From an uncultured Gammaproteobacteria bacterium (GTDB taxonomy: Bacteria; Pseudomonadota; Gammaproteobacteria; DRLM01): a stretch of DNA of 64,000 nt. The position numbers and the translations under genes are program-made. This document shows positions 41,017-52,116 of this stretch, piece after piece; the first letter of the stretch is position 1; every line of letters starts with the position of its first letter. Location of the stretch: the NCBI GenBank assembly GCA_963729605.1, contig CAVSNY010000007.1:992001-1056000 (forward strand), written 5' to 3'. The notes beneath the pieces are model-generated. The model had not been told where the DNA came from. It searched no databases and was given only the letters and a program-made list of their open reading frames with translations.

Positions 41017-41388
41017 ATGCCCACCAAACCACTAGACCGTCTTATGTTTGTCCAAGGAGGCATCTGCTTCTTTTGCAAACAACCGTTGCCGAAGGCCGAG
41101 GCAAGTGTTGAGCATCTACTTGCCAGCGCTAATGGCGGCAGCAACAGTGATGAAAACTGCGTCGCTTGCTGCAAGGCGGTTAATGCGCTGCTTGGCAGGA
41201 TGTCGCTCAAAGAAAAATTTCAGATCGTTCTCAATCAGAAGGGGCAATTCAAATGCCCTAACGGAGCTGGCACAGTCAAAGCAACCGCAAAGCCAAAGGG
41301 GGCCAAAAAGCGGGACAGATTTATTTATCCCTTTTGGAGAGTATCTTGTCGTAGACAAGGTGGAAGCAATAGTAGGAAGGCGAATTGA
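41017..41388 (+). CDS. Cassette 3: HNH endonuclease, apparently truncated near 41305
   Basis: CFFC..SVEHLL..GGSN..NCVACCKAVN motif. The C-terminus reads into a repeat and no closing attC is seen. Confidence 0.75.
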   Translation: MPTKPLDRLMFVQGGICFFCKQPLPKAEASVEHLLASANGGSNSDENCVACCKAVNALLGRMSLKEKFQIVLNQKGQFKCPNGAGTVKATAKPKGAKKRDRFIYPFWRVSCRRQGGSNSRKAN

Positions 41389-41480
41389 AAAGCGCGTACC
41401 CGGCAGGCCGCAAGAGGCTGCGTCAAATGCGTAGTAGTTTATGATTGACGAGAGAATAAAATAAATCTTCCCCAATTTTT
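41305..41480 (+). mobile_element. RAYT (REP-associated tyrosine transposase) remnant between inverted repeats
   Basis: AAAAAGCGGGACAGATTTATTT ... AAATAAATCTTCCCAATTTTT flank VDKVEAIVGRRIEKRVPGRP*, which resembles a RAYT C-terminus (from recall). Confidence 0.55.
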
Positions 41481-41554
41481 CCAGAGGCCGTCGTCGATTT
41501 CCTCGAGGCCGACGTATTGTCCGGCGCAGACAATGAAGACGTTGACCCAGTAGT

Positions 41555-41592
41555 GTAGGCTGGGTCAGCCGCGTGACGGCGTAACCCACCAA
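41555..41592 (+). repeat. GTAG-family REP element
   Basis: GTAGGCTGGGTCAGCCGCGTGACGGCGTAACCCACCAA; a related copy lies at 54407-54444. Confidence 0.7.
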
Positions 41593-41668
41593 CCCGCCGC
41601 GCAGCGACTCATCTACTGAAGAACGAACCGCAACCTAGAGTTGGTGCGACAGATACAACCCGTGGTTT

Positions 41669-42709
41669 TTACCCCGCCTCTTGCAAGCGCCAAGCGATCT
41701 TGCCGCCGGCCCGTAGCGGCACCACCGTCTCGCGGCCGAAAACATACGAGTCCGGAATTTCCTGTTCTTGTTTAATCAAGGTGACTTGCTCGTGATTGCG
41801 CGGCAGCCCGTAAAAATCCGCGCCGTGAAAACTGGCGAAGCCTTCCAGTTTTTCCAAGGCGCCGGTCTGTTCGAAGGCCTCGGCATAGAACTCCAGCGCG
41901 GCGTGGGCGGTGTAGGTGCCGGCGCAACCGCAGGCGGCTTCCTTGGTGGCGCGGCTGTGCGGGGCGCTGTCGGTGCCCAGGAAAAATTTGGGATTGCCGC
42001 TGGTGGCGGCGCGCAGCAGCGCGGCGCGGTCGTCTTCGCGTTTCAATACCGGCAGACAATAATAGTGAGGGCGGATGCCGCCGGCGAGCAGATCGTTGCG
42101 ATTGAGCAGGAGGTGATGCGCGGTGATCGTGGCGGCGATATTGGCGGAGGCGCCGAGTACGAAACTCACCGCGTCGCGGGTGGTGATGTGTTCGAAAACG
42201 ATTTTCAGCGCGCTGAAGCGCGCGGTGAGCGGCAGCAAATTTTGTTCGATGAAGATCCGTTCGCGATCGAAGATGTCGATGTGCGCGGCGGTGACCTCGC
42301 CGTGGACCAGCAGCGGCAGGCCGACTTCTTCCATGGCCGCCAGAGCGGGATGGCAGCGTTCCAGCGCGGTGACGCCCGCATCCGAATTGGTGGTGGCGCC
42401 GGCCGGATAGAGTTTCACTCCCTGCACGATGCCGCTGTTTTTGGCGCGGCGGATTTCCTCGGGCGGGGTATTGTCGGTGAGGTACAGCGTCATCAAGGGT
42501 TCGAAGCGCGCGCCGCGCGGCGCCGCGGCCAGGATGCGTTGCCGGTAATCCTGCGCCTGCGCGGTGGTGGTGACCGGCGGCCGGAGATTGGGCATGACGA
42601 TGGCGCGGCCGAATTGGCGCGCGGCGTGCGGCACCGTGGTGTTTAAAAAATCGCCGTCGCGGAGATGGATGTGCCAGTCGTCGGGGCGGGTCAGGGTCAG
42701 CTGCTGCAT
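41669..42709 (-). CDS. pyrC: Dihydroorotase (homodimeric type)
   Basis: [21 protein letters not shown] and FLGTDSAPH motifs. Confidence 0.97.
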   Translation of the reverse strand: MQQLTLTRPDDWHIHLRDGDFLNTTVPHAARQFGRAIVMPNLRPPVTTTAQAQDYRQRILAAAPRGARFEPLMTLYLTDNTPPEEIRRAKNSGIVQGVKLYPAGATTNSDAGVTALERCHPALAAMEEVGLPLLVHGEVTAAHIDIFDRERIFIEQNLLPLTARFSALKIVFEHITTRDAVSFVLGASANIAATITAHHLLLNRNDLLAGGIRPHYYCLPVLKREDDRAALLRAATSGNPKFFLGTDSAPHSRATKEAACGCAGTYTAHAALEFYAEAFEQTGALEKLEGFASFHGADFYGLPRNHEQVTLIKQEQEIPDSYVFGRETVVPLRAGGKIAWRLQEAG

Positions 42710-42909
42710 GGGGGTATGATCCTTGGCGTCGAGGCGCCTATTATGCCACGGGCGATTCGCCGTGGTCCGGCCGCGCGCGGGGAAAATTCCGGCGCGATGG
42801 TATAAGATGATCGCCGCCCGCTGTCGTTCGCGGTGGATAACAAGGCAGCGTCGGCGCGTTGCCGTGGCCGCGCCTCGCTGGATTCGATAGTCGTGATGAT
42901 ATTCCGATA

Positions 42910-43887
42910 ATGACGTCCCCTCCCTTCAAGCCCGCCTGGTGGTTGCCCGGCGGCCATGTGCAAACCCTTTGGCCCGCGTTGTTGCGGCGGGCGGTCTCGC
43001 CGGTGACGCGGCGCGAGCGCGTCGAATTGCCCGACGGCGATTTCATCGACGTCGATTGGACGGGCGAGAGCGGCCCCATCGTGATCGTGCTGCACGGCCT
43101 CGGCGGTTCCATGGATTCGCACTACGCGCGCGGCATTTTACGTGCCGTCGCGGCGCGGGGCTGGCGCGGCGCGTTGATGCACTTCCGCGGTTGCAGCGGC
43201 GAGCCCAATCGTTTGTTGCGCGGTTATCACGCCGGCGACACCGGCGACCTCGCCAGTTTCGTCGCGTTGTTGCGTCAGCGCGAACCGCATATTCCACTGG
43301 CGGCGGTCGGTTATTCGCTGGGCGGCAACGTGTTGTTGAAATGGTTGGGGGAGCAGGGCGAGTCATCGCCCCTCAGCGCGGCGGTGGCGGTGTCGGTACC
43401 CTTTGATCTCGGCGCCGCCACCGCGCGGATGCAGCAAGGCTTTTCGCGGATTTACGACCGGCGTTTGCTGCGCTGTCTGCAAGACGCGCTCGCGCGGAAA
43501 CGCGCGGTGATGGCCTTGCCGTGGGATGCCGCCGCCATCGCCGCCATCGGCACTCTGCGCGCGTTCGACGAATGCGTCACCGCGCCCTTGCATGGTTTTC
43601 GCGACGCCGAAGATTATTATGACCGCGCCAGCTGCCGGCCCTATCTGCCGCGCATTCATACACCCACCTTGATCGTGCACGCCGCCGATGATCCTTTCAT
43701 GCCGCCTTCGGTGGTGCCGCCGCCGCATGTGTTGTCCGCGACCACCCGTTTGGAGTTGTCGCCGTCGGGCGGCCACGTGGGTTTCGTAAGCGGCGCACCG
43801 TGGACGCCGCGTTATTGGCTGGAGACGCGCATTCCCGATTATCTCGCCGCCACCATGACCGTGAGACGCCATCCGGCTGTGACATAA
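42910..43887 (+). CDS. YheT-family alpha/beta hydrolase
   Basis: GHVQTLW, LHGLGGS, GYSLGGN, DDPF and GGHVGF motifs. Confidence 0.9.
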   Translation: MTSPPFKPAWWLPGGHVQTLWPALLRRAVSPVTRRERVELPDGDFIDVDWTGESGPIVIVLHGLGGSMDSHYARGILRAVAARGWRGALMHFRGCSGEPNRLLRGYHAGDTGDLASFVALLRQREPHIPLAAVGYSLGGNVLLKWLGEQGESSPLSAAVAVSVPFDLGAATARMQQGFSRIYDRRLLRCLQDALARKRAVMALPWDAAAIAAIGTLRAFDECVTAPLHGFRDAEDYYDRASCRPYLPRIHTPTLIVHAADDPFMPPSVVPPPHVLSATTRLELSPSGGHVGFVSGAPWTPRYWLETRIPDYLAATMTVRRHPAVT

Positions 43888-43948
43888 TGCCCAAACGCAT
43901 CACGGTGTCCGCGGGTTTAGGTTTCCTATCCGAAAGGAAGTGGCGTTG

Positions 43949-45190
43949 ATGGCTAAGCTCCGTAAGTCTTGGGTGTGGTCCGCGCTGGTGATCCTGGTCA
44001 TCGCCGTGCTGGTTTATTTTTACCGCGCCGGTCAGGTGCTGGAAGTCGAGACGGTGGCGGTGATCAAGGGAAATATGCTGGTGACCGTCACGCCGACCGA
44101 GACCGGTACCGTGGACAGCGACGCCACCGCGCAAATCAAGGCCGAAGTCGCGGGACGCATCAGCGAATTGCGGGTGGCGGAGGGCGCGCGGGTCAAGGCC
44201 GGCGACGTGCTGGCGCGTTTGGAGTCCAGCGAATTGGAGGCGCGGGTGGTGTTGGCGCGTTCGGTTTTAGAGGCCGCGCGTATGCGCTTGGAGTCGGCTC
44301 GCATCTCCCTGCCGTTGGAGAAGGCGCGCACCACCGCGGCGGTCGCGGAGGCGCAGGCCCGTTACGACGACGCCAAGCAGCGTTATGAAAAAAAGCAGAA
44401 GCTGCACGCGGCGCGCTTGATCCCGCAAGGCGAGATGGAATCGGCGAGCGCCGAACTGGCCACCGCCCAGGCGGTGCTGGAAACCGCGCGGGCCAATCAG
44501 GATCAAGTGGCCTTGCAGCAGCGCCAGATCGAGATCGCCGCCGCCGATGTGAAGCAGCAGGAGGCGGCCTTGCGCGTGGCGCAGGTCACTCTCGATCACA
44601 GCCTGATCCGCGCCCCCATCGCCGGCACGGTGGTCGAGTTGCCGATCAAGGTCGGTGAGTTGATGCAGCCGGGCAGCGTGGCGGCGCGCATCACCCGCCT
44701 CAATGCGTTGTACGTCAAGGCGCAAATCGACGAGGTCGATCTCAGTCGCCTGCAAGTCGGGCAAGCGGCGGAGATCCAATTCGACACCCAGCCTAATACT
44801 AAATATGCGGCGACGCTGTTCGAAATCTCGCCCGCGGTGTCGGTGGAGAAACTCAAGAGCCGCAACGTCACCGTGAAATTGCGGCTCGCCGAGCCGCCGC
44901 CGTTTTTGCGGCCCGGCATGTCGGCGGACGTGGAGATCATCGTCGCCACCGTGAACGATGTGTTGCTGGTGCCGGCCCAAACGGTGATGGCGAAAAACCA
45001 AGAGCAGTTCGTGTATGTGCTGGCCGACGGCGCGGTGGTCAAGCGGGTGATCGAGGCCGGCCGTTCCAATTGGGATGCCATCGAGGTGGTGCGGGGATTG
45101 AACCTCGGCGAGGCGGTGATCAGTTCGCTGGACGTCGAAGGTCTCAAGCCCGGCGCGCGGGCCCGGCCGGCGGCCAAGCAGGCACCTTGA
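43949..45190 (+). CDS. MacA-like periplasmic adaptor (membrane fusion protein)
   Basis: N-terminal anchor, lipoyl halves flanking a coiled coil, LRPGMSA. Confidence 0.9.
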   Translation: MAKLRKSWVWSALVILVIAVLVYFYRAGQVLEVETVAVIKGNMLVTVTPTETGTVDSDATAQIKAEVAGRISELRVAEGARVKAGDVLARLESSELEARVVLARSVLEAARMRLESARISLPLEKARTTAAVAEAQARYDDAKQRYEKKQKLHAARLIPQGEMESASAELATAQAVLETARANQDQVALQQRQIEIAAADVKQQEAALRVAQVTLDHSLIRAPIAGTVVELPIKVGELMQPGSVAARITRLNALYVKAQIDEVDLSRLQVGQAAEIQFDTQPNTKYAATLFEISPAVSVEKLKSRNVTVKLRLAEPPPFLRPGMSADVEIIVATVNDVLLVPAQTVMAKNQEQFVYVLADGAVVKRVIEAGRSNWDAIEVVRGLNLGEAVISSLDVEGLKPGARARPAAKQAP

Positions 45191-45192
45191 GT

Positions 45193-45894
45193 ATGGCGGA
45201 CACAGCGCTCATCGAATTGCGGGACGTGAGCAAGGTGTTCGTCACCGGCGCGATCCGTTATGAGGTCTTGAAAGGCATCTCTCTCCGCATCGAGCGCGGC
45301 GATTACATCGCCTTGATGGGTCCCTCCGGTTCGGGCAAATCCACCTTGCTCAATATCCTCGGTTGTCTCGACGCGCCCACCGGCGGCCACTATCACCTTG
45401 AAGGACGCGAGATCGTCAGCCTCGGCGATGCGGAACTGGCGCGGACCCGCAATCAGTTTTTCGGTTTCGTGTTTCAGTCCTTCAATCTGCTGGGGCGTTA
45501 TTCGGTGGAGGAAAACGTCGCCTTGCCCATGGTGTACCGGGGCCTGGCCAAGCGCGAGCGTTTACAGCGCGCCCGCGCCTTGCTGGCGCGGGTCGGCCTC
45601 AAGGACTTCAATCGCCACCTGCCCTCCGAGTTGTCCGGGGGCATGCAGCAGCGGGTGGCCATCGCGCGCGCGCTGGTCAACGCGCCCAAGGTGTTGTTCG
45701 CCGATGAACCCACCGGCAACCTCGACAGCAAGACCGGTCAGGAAATCATCAGTCTGTTCGGCGAACTCAACGCCGAGGGCACGACCTTGGTGGTGGTGAC
45801 CCACGACCCGCGGGTGGCCGAGCATACCCGGCGGGTGCTGACGCTCGCCGACGGCGCGATCGTGGAAGACCGGCGCAAGGAGGTGGCGGCATGA
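45193..45894 (+). CDS. MacB/LolD-like ABC ATPase
   Basis: [24 protein letters not shown] and ADEPTGNLD motifs. Confidence 0.92.
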   Translation: MADTALIELRDVSKVFVTGAIRYEVLKGISLRIERGDYIALMGPSGSGKSTLLNILGCLDAPTGGHYHLEGREIVSLGDAELARTRNQFFGFVFQSFNLLGRYSVEENVALPMVYRGLAKRERLQRARALLARVGLKDFNRHLPSELSGGMQQRVAIARALVNAPKVLFADEPTGNLDSKTGQEIISLFGELNAEGTTLVVVTHDPRVAEHTRRVLTLADGAIVEDRRKEVAA

Positions 45895-47093
45895 ATCCCC
45901 TGGAACATTTTCGCATCGCGATGGGCGCCCTGGCCGCCAACAAGGTGCGTTCGTTTCTCACCATGCTCGGCGTGATCATCGGCGTGGCCTCGGTGATCAT
46001 GCTGGTGGCGATCGGTGAAGGCGCCAAGACCTACATCCGCCAGGAGTTGATGGGTATCGGCACCAATCTGCTGATCATTGTGCCGGGCAAGACCGAGACC
46101 AGCGGCATGGGGCACATGCCCTCCGGCGTGCAAAAGCTGACCCTCGCCGATATGCGCGCGCTGGAAAAACGCGCCACGCTGGTCACCGCCATGACGCCCA
46201 TCGTGGTGAGCAGCGCGCCGGTGAAGTTGGGCAACCGTCTGCGCAATGTGCAGGTCATCGGCACCGATCACAACTTCGAGACCGTGCGCAATCTGCACGT
46301 GGAGATCGGCTCCTTCATCAGCAAGGCGGATGTGGACGCCGGTCGGCGGGTGGCGGTGATCGGCCGCACGGTGAAGAAGGAATTGTTCGGCGAGAGCAAT
46401 CCCCTGGGCCGCACCATCAAACTCGGCGAGACCAAATTCCGGGTCATCGGCATCATGGAAACCAAAGGGGTGACCCTGGGGCAGGACATCGACGATCACG
46501 TGTTCATTCCGGTCGAGACCGCGCAAGAGATCTTCGATCAGGACGGTCTCACCAATATCCTCGCGCAAGCGATCAACGAGAGCGCCATCGAACGCGCCAA
46601 GGAGCAGATCCGCGACGTGCTTATCCAGCGCCATGCCGGTGAAGAGGATTTCACCCTGGTCAGTCAGCAGGCCATGCTCTCCACCATGCAGACCATACTC
46701 GGCACCTTCACTTATGTGCTGGGCGGTATCGCCAGCATTTCGCTGTTGGTGGGCGGGATCGGCATCATGAATATCATGTTGGTCTCGGTGCGCGAGCGCA
46801 CCCGCGAGATCGGTTTGCGCAAGGCCATCGGCGCCGCGCAGCGCGACATCCTGCTGCAATTCGTCATCGAATCGGTGGTGTTGTCCATGGTCGGCGGTCT
46901 GATCGGCATCGTATTCGGCACCGGCGTCGCCTATGGCGCCAAGGCGGTTTTCCCCGCCATTCCCATCGATGTCAGCACCTGGTCGGTGCTCACCGCTTTC
47001 ATCTTCGCCTTCATGGTCGGCGCCTTCTTCGGTATTTATCCCGCCAGCAAGGCGGCGCGCCTCAATCCCATCGAAGCCTTACGGTATGAATAA
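45891..47093 (+). CDS. MacB/FtsX-like ABC permease
   Basis: RSFLTMLGVIIG, GIGIMNIMLVSVRERTREIG and PIEALRYE motifs. Confidence 0.92.
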   Translation: MNPLEHFRIAMGALAANKVRSFLTMLGVIIGVASVIMLVAIGEGAKTYIRQELMGIGTNLLIIVPGKTETSGMGHMPSGVQKLTLADMRALEKRATLVTAMTPIVVSSAPVKLGNRLRNVQVIGTDHNFETVRNLHVEIGSFISKADVDAGRRVAVIGRTVKKELFGESNPLGRTIKLGETKFRVIGIMETKGVTLGQDIDDHVFIPVETAQEIFDQDGLTNILAQAINESAIERAKEQIRDVLIQRHAGEEDFTLVSQQAMLSTMQTILGTFTYVLGGIASISLLVGGIGIMNIMLVSVRERTREIGLRKAIGAAQRDILLQFVIESVVLSMVGGLIGIVFGTGVAYGAKAVFPAIPIDVSTWSVLTAFIFAFMVGAFFGIYPASKAARLNPIEALRYE

Positions 47094-47501
47094 CATTGCG
47101 TGATAGTGGATGACGCGGGTGCGGAACCGGACATGATGAAACCCGTGATTAAATCCGACCGCGCGCGGCTGGAATTTTTTAGAACTATTCTCGTCGAGCG
47201 TGAAATACCATCCGTCGATTGCCGGGCGATTCCGGAAAAAGCGCGGCTGCCATTCAGCAAAATATTGTCGGTCCGCCGGGCGAACGGAGAAATACTCCGC
47301 CCCGCTTGCAAGCGGCAAGGGCGAGTGTTAAAAGGAAGGGCGGCGAAATGTTTTGCCGCCTCAGGCAATGGCGCGGAGCCGCCGCTTGCTGTGGGTGTTT
47401 AAAGGATTGGCCGAGGGTTGGCTGCTTGTCGTCGGACACGTTGTGCGTTAGTGATTCGATGGCTTCATTTCGATCAATGCACATTTCTGAGAGACTGATT
47501 C

Positions 47502-47774
47502 ATGAATATATATGTTGGCAATCTTTCCTATAGCGTTACCGAAAGTGATTTGAAAGATGCGTTTTCCCAGTTTGGACAAGTGTCGAGCGTGAGCGTGGTC
47601 ACCGACAAGTTTTCCGGACAATCGAAAGGCTTCGGCTTCGTCGAGATGCCGAGCAATGCCGAGGCGGATGCCGCCATCAAAGGCCTGAACGAGCGCGATA
47701 TCAAAGGCCGCAACATCAAGGTCAACCAAGCCAAACCCCGCGAAGAGCGCCCCGCCCGCCGGCCCCGTTACTAA
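47502..47774 (+). CDS. RRM RNA-binding protein
   Basis: RNP2 IYVGNL and RNP1 KGFGFVEM. Confidence 0.95.
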   Translation: MNIYVGNLSYSVTESDLKDAFSQFGQVSSVSVVTDKFSGQSKGFGFVEMPSNAEADAAIKGLNERDIKGRNIKVNQAKPREERPARRPRY

Positions 47775-47967
47775 AAGCAGGCCACCCATCTCCAAAACGG
47801 GGGATAGCGATATTCCCCGTGGTTTTTCCGCTTCGCCATTCAACGCGGCCGCTGGAAACATGCCGGCCTCTCGGTCGTGGCGCTCTCCCGCGCAGGCGCG
47901 GTAATTCACCAGCCAGATTCGAAGCACGGCCGGTACGACGCAGGCCCCGTCGCGCTCGTCCCGCCGA

Positions 47968-48264
47968 TTATTGGTGTTTGTCGTCGGTACGCATGTCGTC
48001 ATCCGAGCTGAAGTCTTCTTGCCGGGTCTCCGACATTTCGTCGTAATAATCGGCTTCGCGGCCAGGCAGCGTGGACTTGTCGTCGATCTTCAACCACACG
48101 TCGTAAAAGCGCGCGAGCATTTTTCTGCCTTGATCCGCCGAGGTGATGAAATCAAAGTCGCGGAGGAAATCATCGAAATCATGCACGCCCTTGGCGATGG
48201 TGCGGAGCATGGCCGGTAAATCGTGATCGGCGGCCCATGTCGAAAGGCATCGCGTGACTCCCAT
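47968..48264 (-). CDS. Small acidic hypothetical protein (start uncertain; possibly 48210)
   Basis: Protein-like composition and GC3-rich codons in the 3' part; no recognised family. Confidence 0.45.
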   Translation of the reverse strand: MGVTRCLSTWAADHDLPAMLRTIAKGVHDFDDFLRDFDFITSADQGRKMLARFYDVWLKIDDKSTLPGREADYYDEMSETRQEDFSSDDDMRTDDKHQ

Positions 48265-48369
48265 TCACGGACGCGGCAAGATGGCCGCGAAAAGAGTAGT
48301 CTGCATATTAGAATGGTGCCCTCGATCGACCCGGCGTGGGTCGTCGGAGCCCACCTGGTGGAGGATACG

Positions 48370-49359
48370 ATGGAGATGAATGCGGATACACCCAAGCCGT
48401 TACGGATATCCGATGGAGCGAATGGACGTATCGGTTTGGCGTTGGGCGGCGGCTCGGCGCGGGGTTGGGCCCACATCGGCGTCATTCGCGCGTTGGCCGA
48501 AATCGGCATAAAACCGGATATCGTGGCTGGGACCTCCATCGGCGCGCTGGTGGGCGCGGCTTACGCCGGCGAGCAACTGGACGCCTTGGAGCGCTGGGTC
48601 ACTGGGCTCAACTGGAAAGACATACCCGGTTATCTCGATTTGTCCTTGTTGAGCGGCGGCTTCATTCAAGGTGAAAAACTCCTGGAATTGGCCCGCGGCT
48701 GGATGAAGGACCTCCCTATCGAAGCCTTGCCGCGCCGCTTCGGTATGGTGGCCACCGAGCTCGATACCGGCCGCGAGATCTGGTTTCGCGAAGGGCCCTT
48801 GTTCACGGGGGTGCGCGCATCGATGGGCCTGCCCGGTTTGTTCGCGCCGGTCAAGGTCGAAGGACGCTGGCTGGTGGACGGTGGCTTGACCAATCCGGTG
48901 CCGGTTTCCTTGTGCCGCGCCATGGGCGCGGAGGTGGTGATCGCGGTCAATCTGAACGGCGACATCGTCGGCAAACACGGCCGCCGCCGCAATGGGCGCA
49001 ATGGAACGGCTGATGCGCCGGCGTTGAATCCGAGCGCCGAAGCCGATTTTTGGAATAAAATTTCCACTCAATTCAAAAACGGTTTGAACGAGCGTAAGCA
49101 AGTGTTGCTGGGGCGTGTGTTCGGTACCAGCCTTGATGCACCGGGTCTCTTCGATGTGCTGGCCAGTTCCATCAATATCATGCAGGACCGCATCACCCGC
49201 AGCCGCATGGCCGGCGATCCGCCGGAGATCATGTTGGCGCCCAGATTGTCGCAGTTGGGACTGATGGAATTCCACCTGGCCGCGGTCGCTATCGCCGAAG
49301 GCCGTGCCAGTGTGCAGCGCATGCGTCCGGCGCTGGAACAGGTCATTCAGGGTTTATGA
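48370..49359 (+). CDS. rssA: Patatin-like phospholipase (RssA/NTE family)
   Basis: GGGSARG, GTSIG, DGG and ITRSRMAGDPP motifs. Confidence 0.88.
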   Translation: MEMNADTPKPLRISDGANGRIGLALGGGSARGWAHIGVIRALAEIGIKPDIVAGTSIGALVGAAYAGEQLDALERWVTGLNWKDIPGYLDLSLLSGGFIQGEKLLELARGWMKDLPIEALPRRFGMVATELDTGREIWFREGPLFTGVRASMGLPGLFAPVKVEGRWLVDGGLTNPVPVSLCRAMGAEVVIAVNLNGDIVGKHGRRRNGRNGTADAPALNPSAEADFWNKISTQFKNGLNERKQVLLGRVFGTSLDAPGLFDVLASSINIMQDRITRSRMAGDPPEIMLAPRLSQLGLMEFHLAAVAIAEGRASVQRMRPALEQVIQGL

Positions 49360-49483
49360 TCGAGCCGGCTTCCGGCTCACGGTGATTGAAGAAACTCGGC
49401 GCGGCTCGATGTCCGCTTGCACCTCGCTCTTTCCCGCCGCCGCGCTTGGTTGATTCCTCGGGCGCGTCCTCATCGGCATGGGG

Positions 49484-51127
49484 TCAGGTATTTTTGAAAT
49501 GACCGACCCGCTTGATCAGCTCGCCGGCCAGCGATTCCAGGGTCTCCACCGCCTGCAAGGTCGCCGCCGTGGAGAGTTCGATCTGACCGGCGAAACCGCT
49601 GACGGTTTCGATCTGTTCCCCGACGTTCGCCGACACATAGGCCTGTTCCTCGGCGGCGGTGGCGATTTGGGTGGTTTGGTCGCGGATATCCTGCACCGAT
49701 TGGCTTATCGAGCCGAGTTTCTCACTGACCGAACTTATTCTGCCGCGCATGCCTTCCGAGGCTTGTACGCTTTCGCGCATGGTGCTGCGGGCGTTTTCCG
49801 CGCCGGTCAGCAATTCCTCGATGCGCGCGCGCACCTCCCCGGTGGATTCGCGGGTACGTTTCGCCAAGGTGCGGACTTCATCCGCCACTACCGCGAAACC
49901 GCGGCCCTGTTCACCGGCGCGGGCCGCCTCGATCGCCGCGTTCAAGGCCAGTAAATTGGTTTGGTCGGCGACGTCTCGAATCAGACCGATGATATTCCCG
50001 ACATCGGCCATTACTTTATTGAGGCGTTCCAATTCGTCGCGGCTGGTGTTGATCTTGATCTCCAGTTCCCGCATGTACCGGTCGGCGTCGGACGCCACCT
50101 GAGCGCCGGCTTGCGCGGCTTCACGGGCCTGTTCCCCCGCGGCGGCGGCATGGGAGCAGCTACGTGACACCTCGCTGGCGGTACTGGCCAGTTCGGTCGA
50201 CGCCGCGGCGACCTGTTGCGTCAGATTGCGTTGTTGGCCGATGCCTTCGCCGGCGGTGAGCATGGTGCGCCGTAGTTCGGCGCTGGCCGCGTGCAACTCA
50301 TGGCCGGTGCGGGAGAGGTCGGCGATCAATTGTCCCAACTGCGCGACCATGGCATTGAAGGCGCGGCCGACTTGCGCCATCTCGTCTTTGCCCTCGGCCG
50401 GCAATTGGCTGGACAGATCGCCCGCCGCCACGCTTTCGGTGATCTTCACCAAACGGTCGAGGGGCAGGGTGATGCGGCGTACGAAAATGATATAGCTCGC
50501 GACCAGCAGGCCGGCGACCAGCAGCACCAGGCTTAAGACGCCGACCACATTGGCATGGGCGCTGTCCACCAAGCGTTGGTAATCATTGTTGGTACGTTTA
50601 TCGAGCAGGGTTTGGAATTAAGTCACCGGTTCTTTGATGCGCGTCACGGCGTCGTGATAAGCGGTGTCATGCACCAGCTTAATGGCGTCGTCGCGGGTAC
50701 CGGGCGCCTTGCCTTCGATGATGTTGAAGGCGCGTTCCTCGGTGGTCACCAGGGCCAGCGACAACTCGTTGGCCCGCGCCAGCAGTTCCAGCTCTTCCGC
50801 GGTGAAGCCTTTTTCCCGCAAGAGGGCGTCGAAGGCGATGGTACGGCCGTCGGGGCGGGCGGCCTTGCCTTCCAACACCTCGACGAGATGCCAGTATTGA
50901 TCGCGAAATCCGGTGTCGCCGGTCACCACGTAGGTGCGCGCCAAGCGGGTCAACTCATCGGAGGTGACGCTCACTTCCTGTCCCAATTGATAGGATTCAA
51001 GGCGTTCCTCGGCGGCCTTCACCAGGCTCGCTTGATGGGCGATCAACCACCACACTAAGAGGGCGGTGATGGTGAGGGCGGTGAGCCCCGCGCCGACGAA
51101 GGTTTTCAAAAGACGTTTGATGCTCAT
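49484..51127 (-). pseudogene. Methyl-accepting chemotaxis protein interrupted by one in-frame TAA (50618-50620)
   Basis: TM1-sensor ORF and TM2-HAMP-signalling ORF ([27 protein letters not shown]) share a frame: [14 protein letters not shown]. Confidence 0.88.
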
Positions 51128-51332
51128 GCCGGCCACCGAGGAATGAATAGAGAGAATAAACCAAGGGCGGCGCCGCTTGGCCCGGTGGGGTTATCGGTAG
51201 TTAAACGCCTGGCCTTGAATATGTCTCACCGGCCTTGTCGCGGGGACCCGGCGCCGGTCGCCGGCTTGATCGCCGCCCGGCCGCTCAAGCCGGACCGAAT
51301 GCCGGCGCCGGCGTTGAAATTCAAAATAAATT

Positions 51333-51812
51333 TTAAAGACCCAGTTCGGACAGGCCGGGGTGGGAATCCGGCCGGCGGCCCAGCGGCCAGCGATACTTGC
51401 GGTCGGTTTCCTTGATGGGCAGGTCGTTGATGCTGGCGAGGCGCCGCCGCATGAGACCCTGTTCGTCGAATTCCCAATTCTCGTTGCCGTAGGAGCGGAA
51501 CCAGTTGCCGGAGTCGTCGTGCCACTCATAGGCGAAGCGTACCGCGATGCGCGCGCCGTCAAAGGCCCACAGTTCTTTAATCAGCCGGTAGTCCAGTTCC
51601 TTCGCCCATTTGCGGCGGAGAAACTCCGTGATGGCCTCGCGGCCGGAGAGAAACTCGGCGCGATTGCGCCAAGTGCTGTCCGTGGTGTAGGCGAGCGCGA
51701 CCCGCGCGGGGTCGCGGCTGTTCCAGCCGTCCTCGGCCATGCGGACCTTTTGGGCCGCAGTATCGCGAGTGAAAGGCGGCAAAGGCGGACGGCTGTCCGG
51801 TGTGGCGGTCAT
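51333..51812 (-). CDS. DUF1348 / SnoaL-NTF2-like protein
   Basis: [24 protein letters not shown] and [10 protein letters not shown] motifs. Confidence 0.9.
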   Translation of the reverse strand: MTATPDSRPPLPPFTRDTAAQKVRMAEDGWNSRDPARVALAYTTDSTWRNRAEFLSGREAITEFLRRKWAKELDYRLIKELWAFDGARIAVRFAYEWHDDSGNWFRSYGNENWEFDEQGLMRRRLASINDLPIKETDRKYRWPLGRRPDSHPGLSELGL

Positions 51813-52116
51813 GAATGGCTCCTGGGCGACGAGTGAGTTTCATTCATCATACTTATCGCGGGTCGGTTTGTAATCAGGCGAGGCGTGGGGGTGGTGTTCA
51901 CGCTGGCGGTTTGCGGCGCGACGTTTAAAGCCCATCTCAAAATGAGTCGCCGCGCTTTTTGAATGAAGCTTTCGTCATCATCCCCTTTCCCTGTCGCTCG
52001 CGGGACGTTGCTGATAACCGTGCAGGCCTTATTCCTCCGGTGGGAGAGGGGGGATGTCGAGATGGGTTGTAGTGGGGGGTGTTCATGCCGGGCCGTGATC
52101 GGCGGATAGGGCCGTT

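Larger units (their letters stand above)
39848..41305 (+). mobile_element. Integron cassette array without integrase (CALIN) with an attI-like remnant
   Basis: Two attC sites, three co-oriented low-GC ORFs, cassette-boundary complementarity, and no intI ORF in the window. Confidence 0.85.

Noticed and set aside
47094-47501. Long leader upstream of the RRM gene (possible cold-shock-type UTR)
   Set aside because: No promoter or structure could be defined from the sequence alone.
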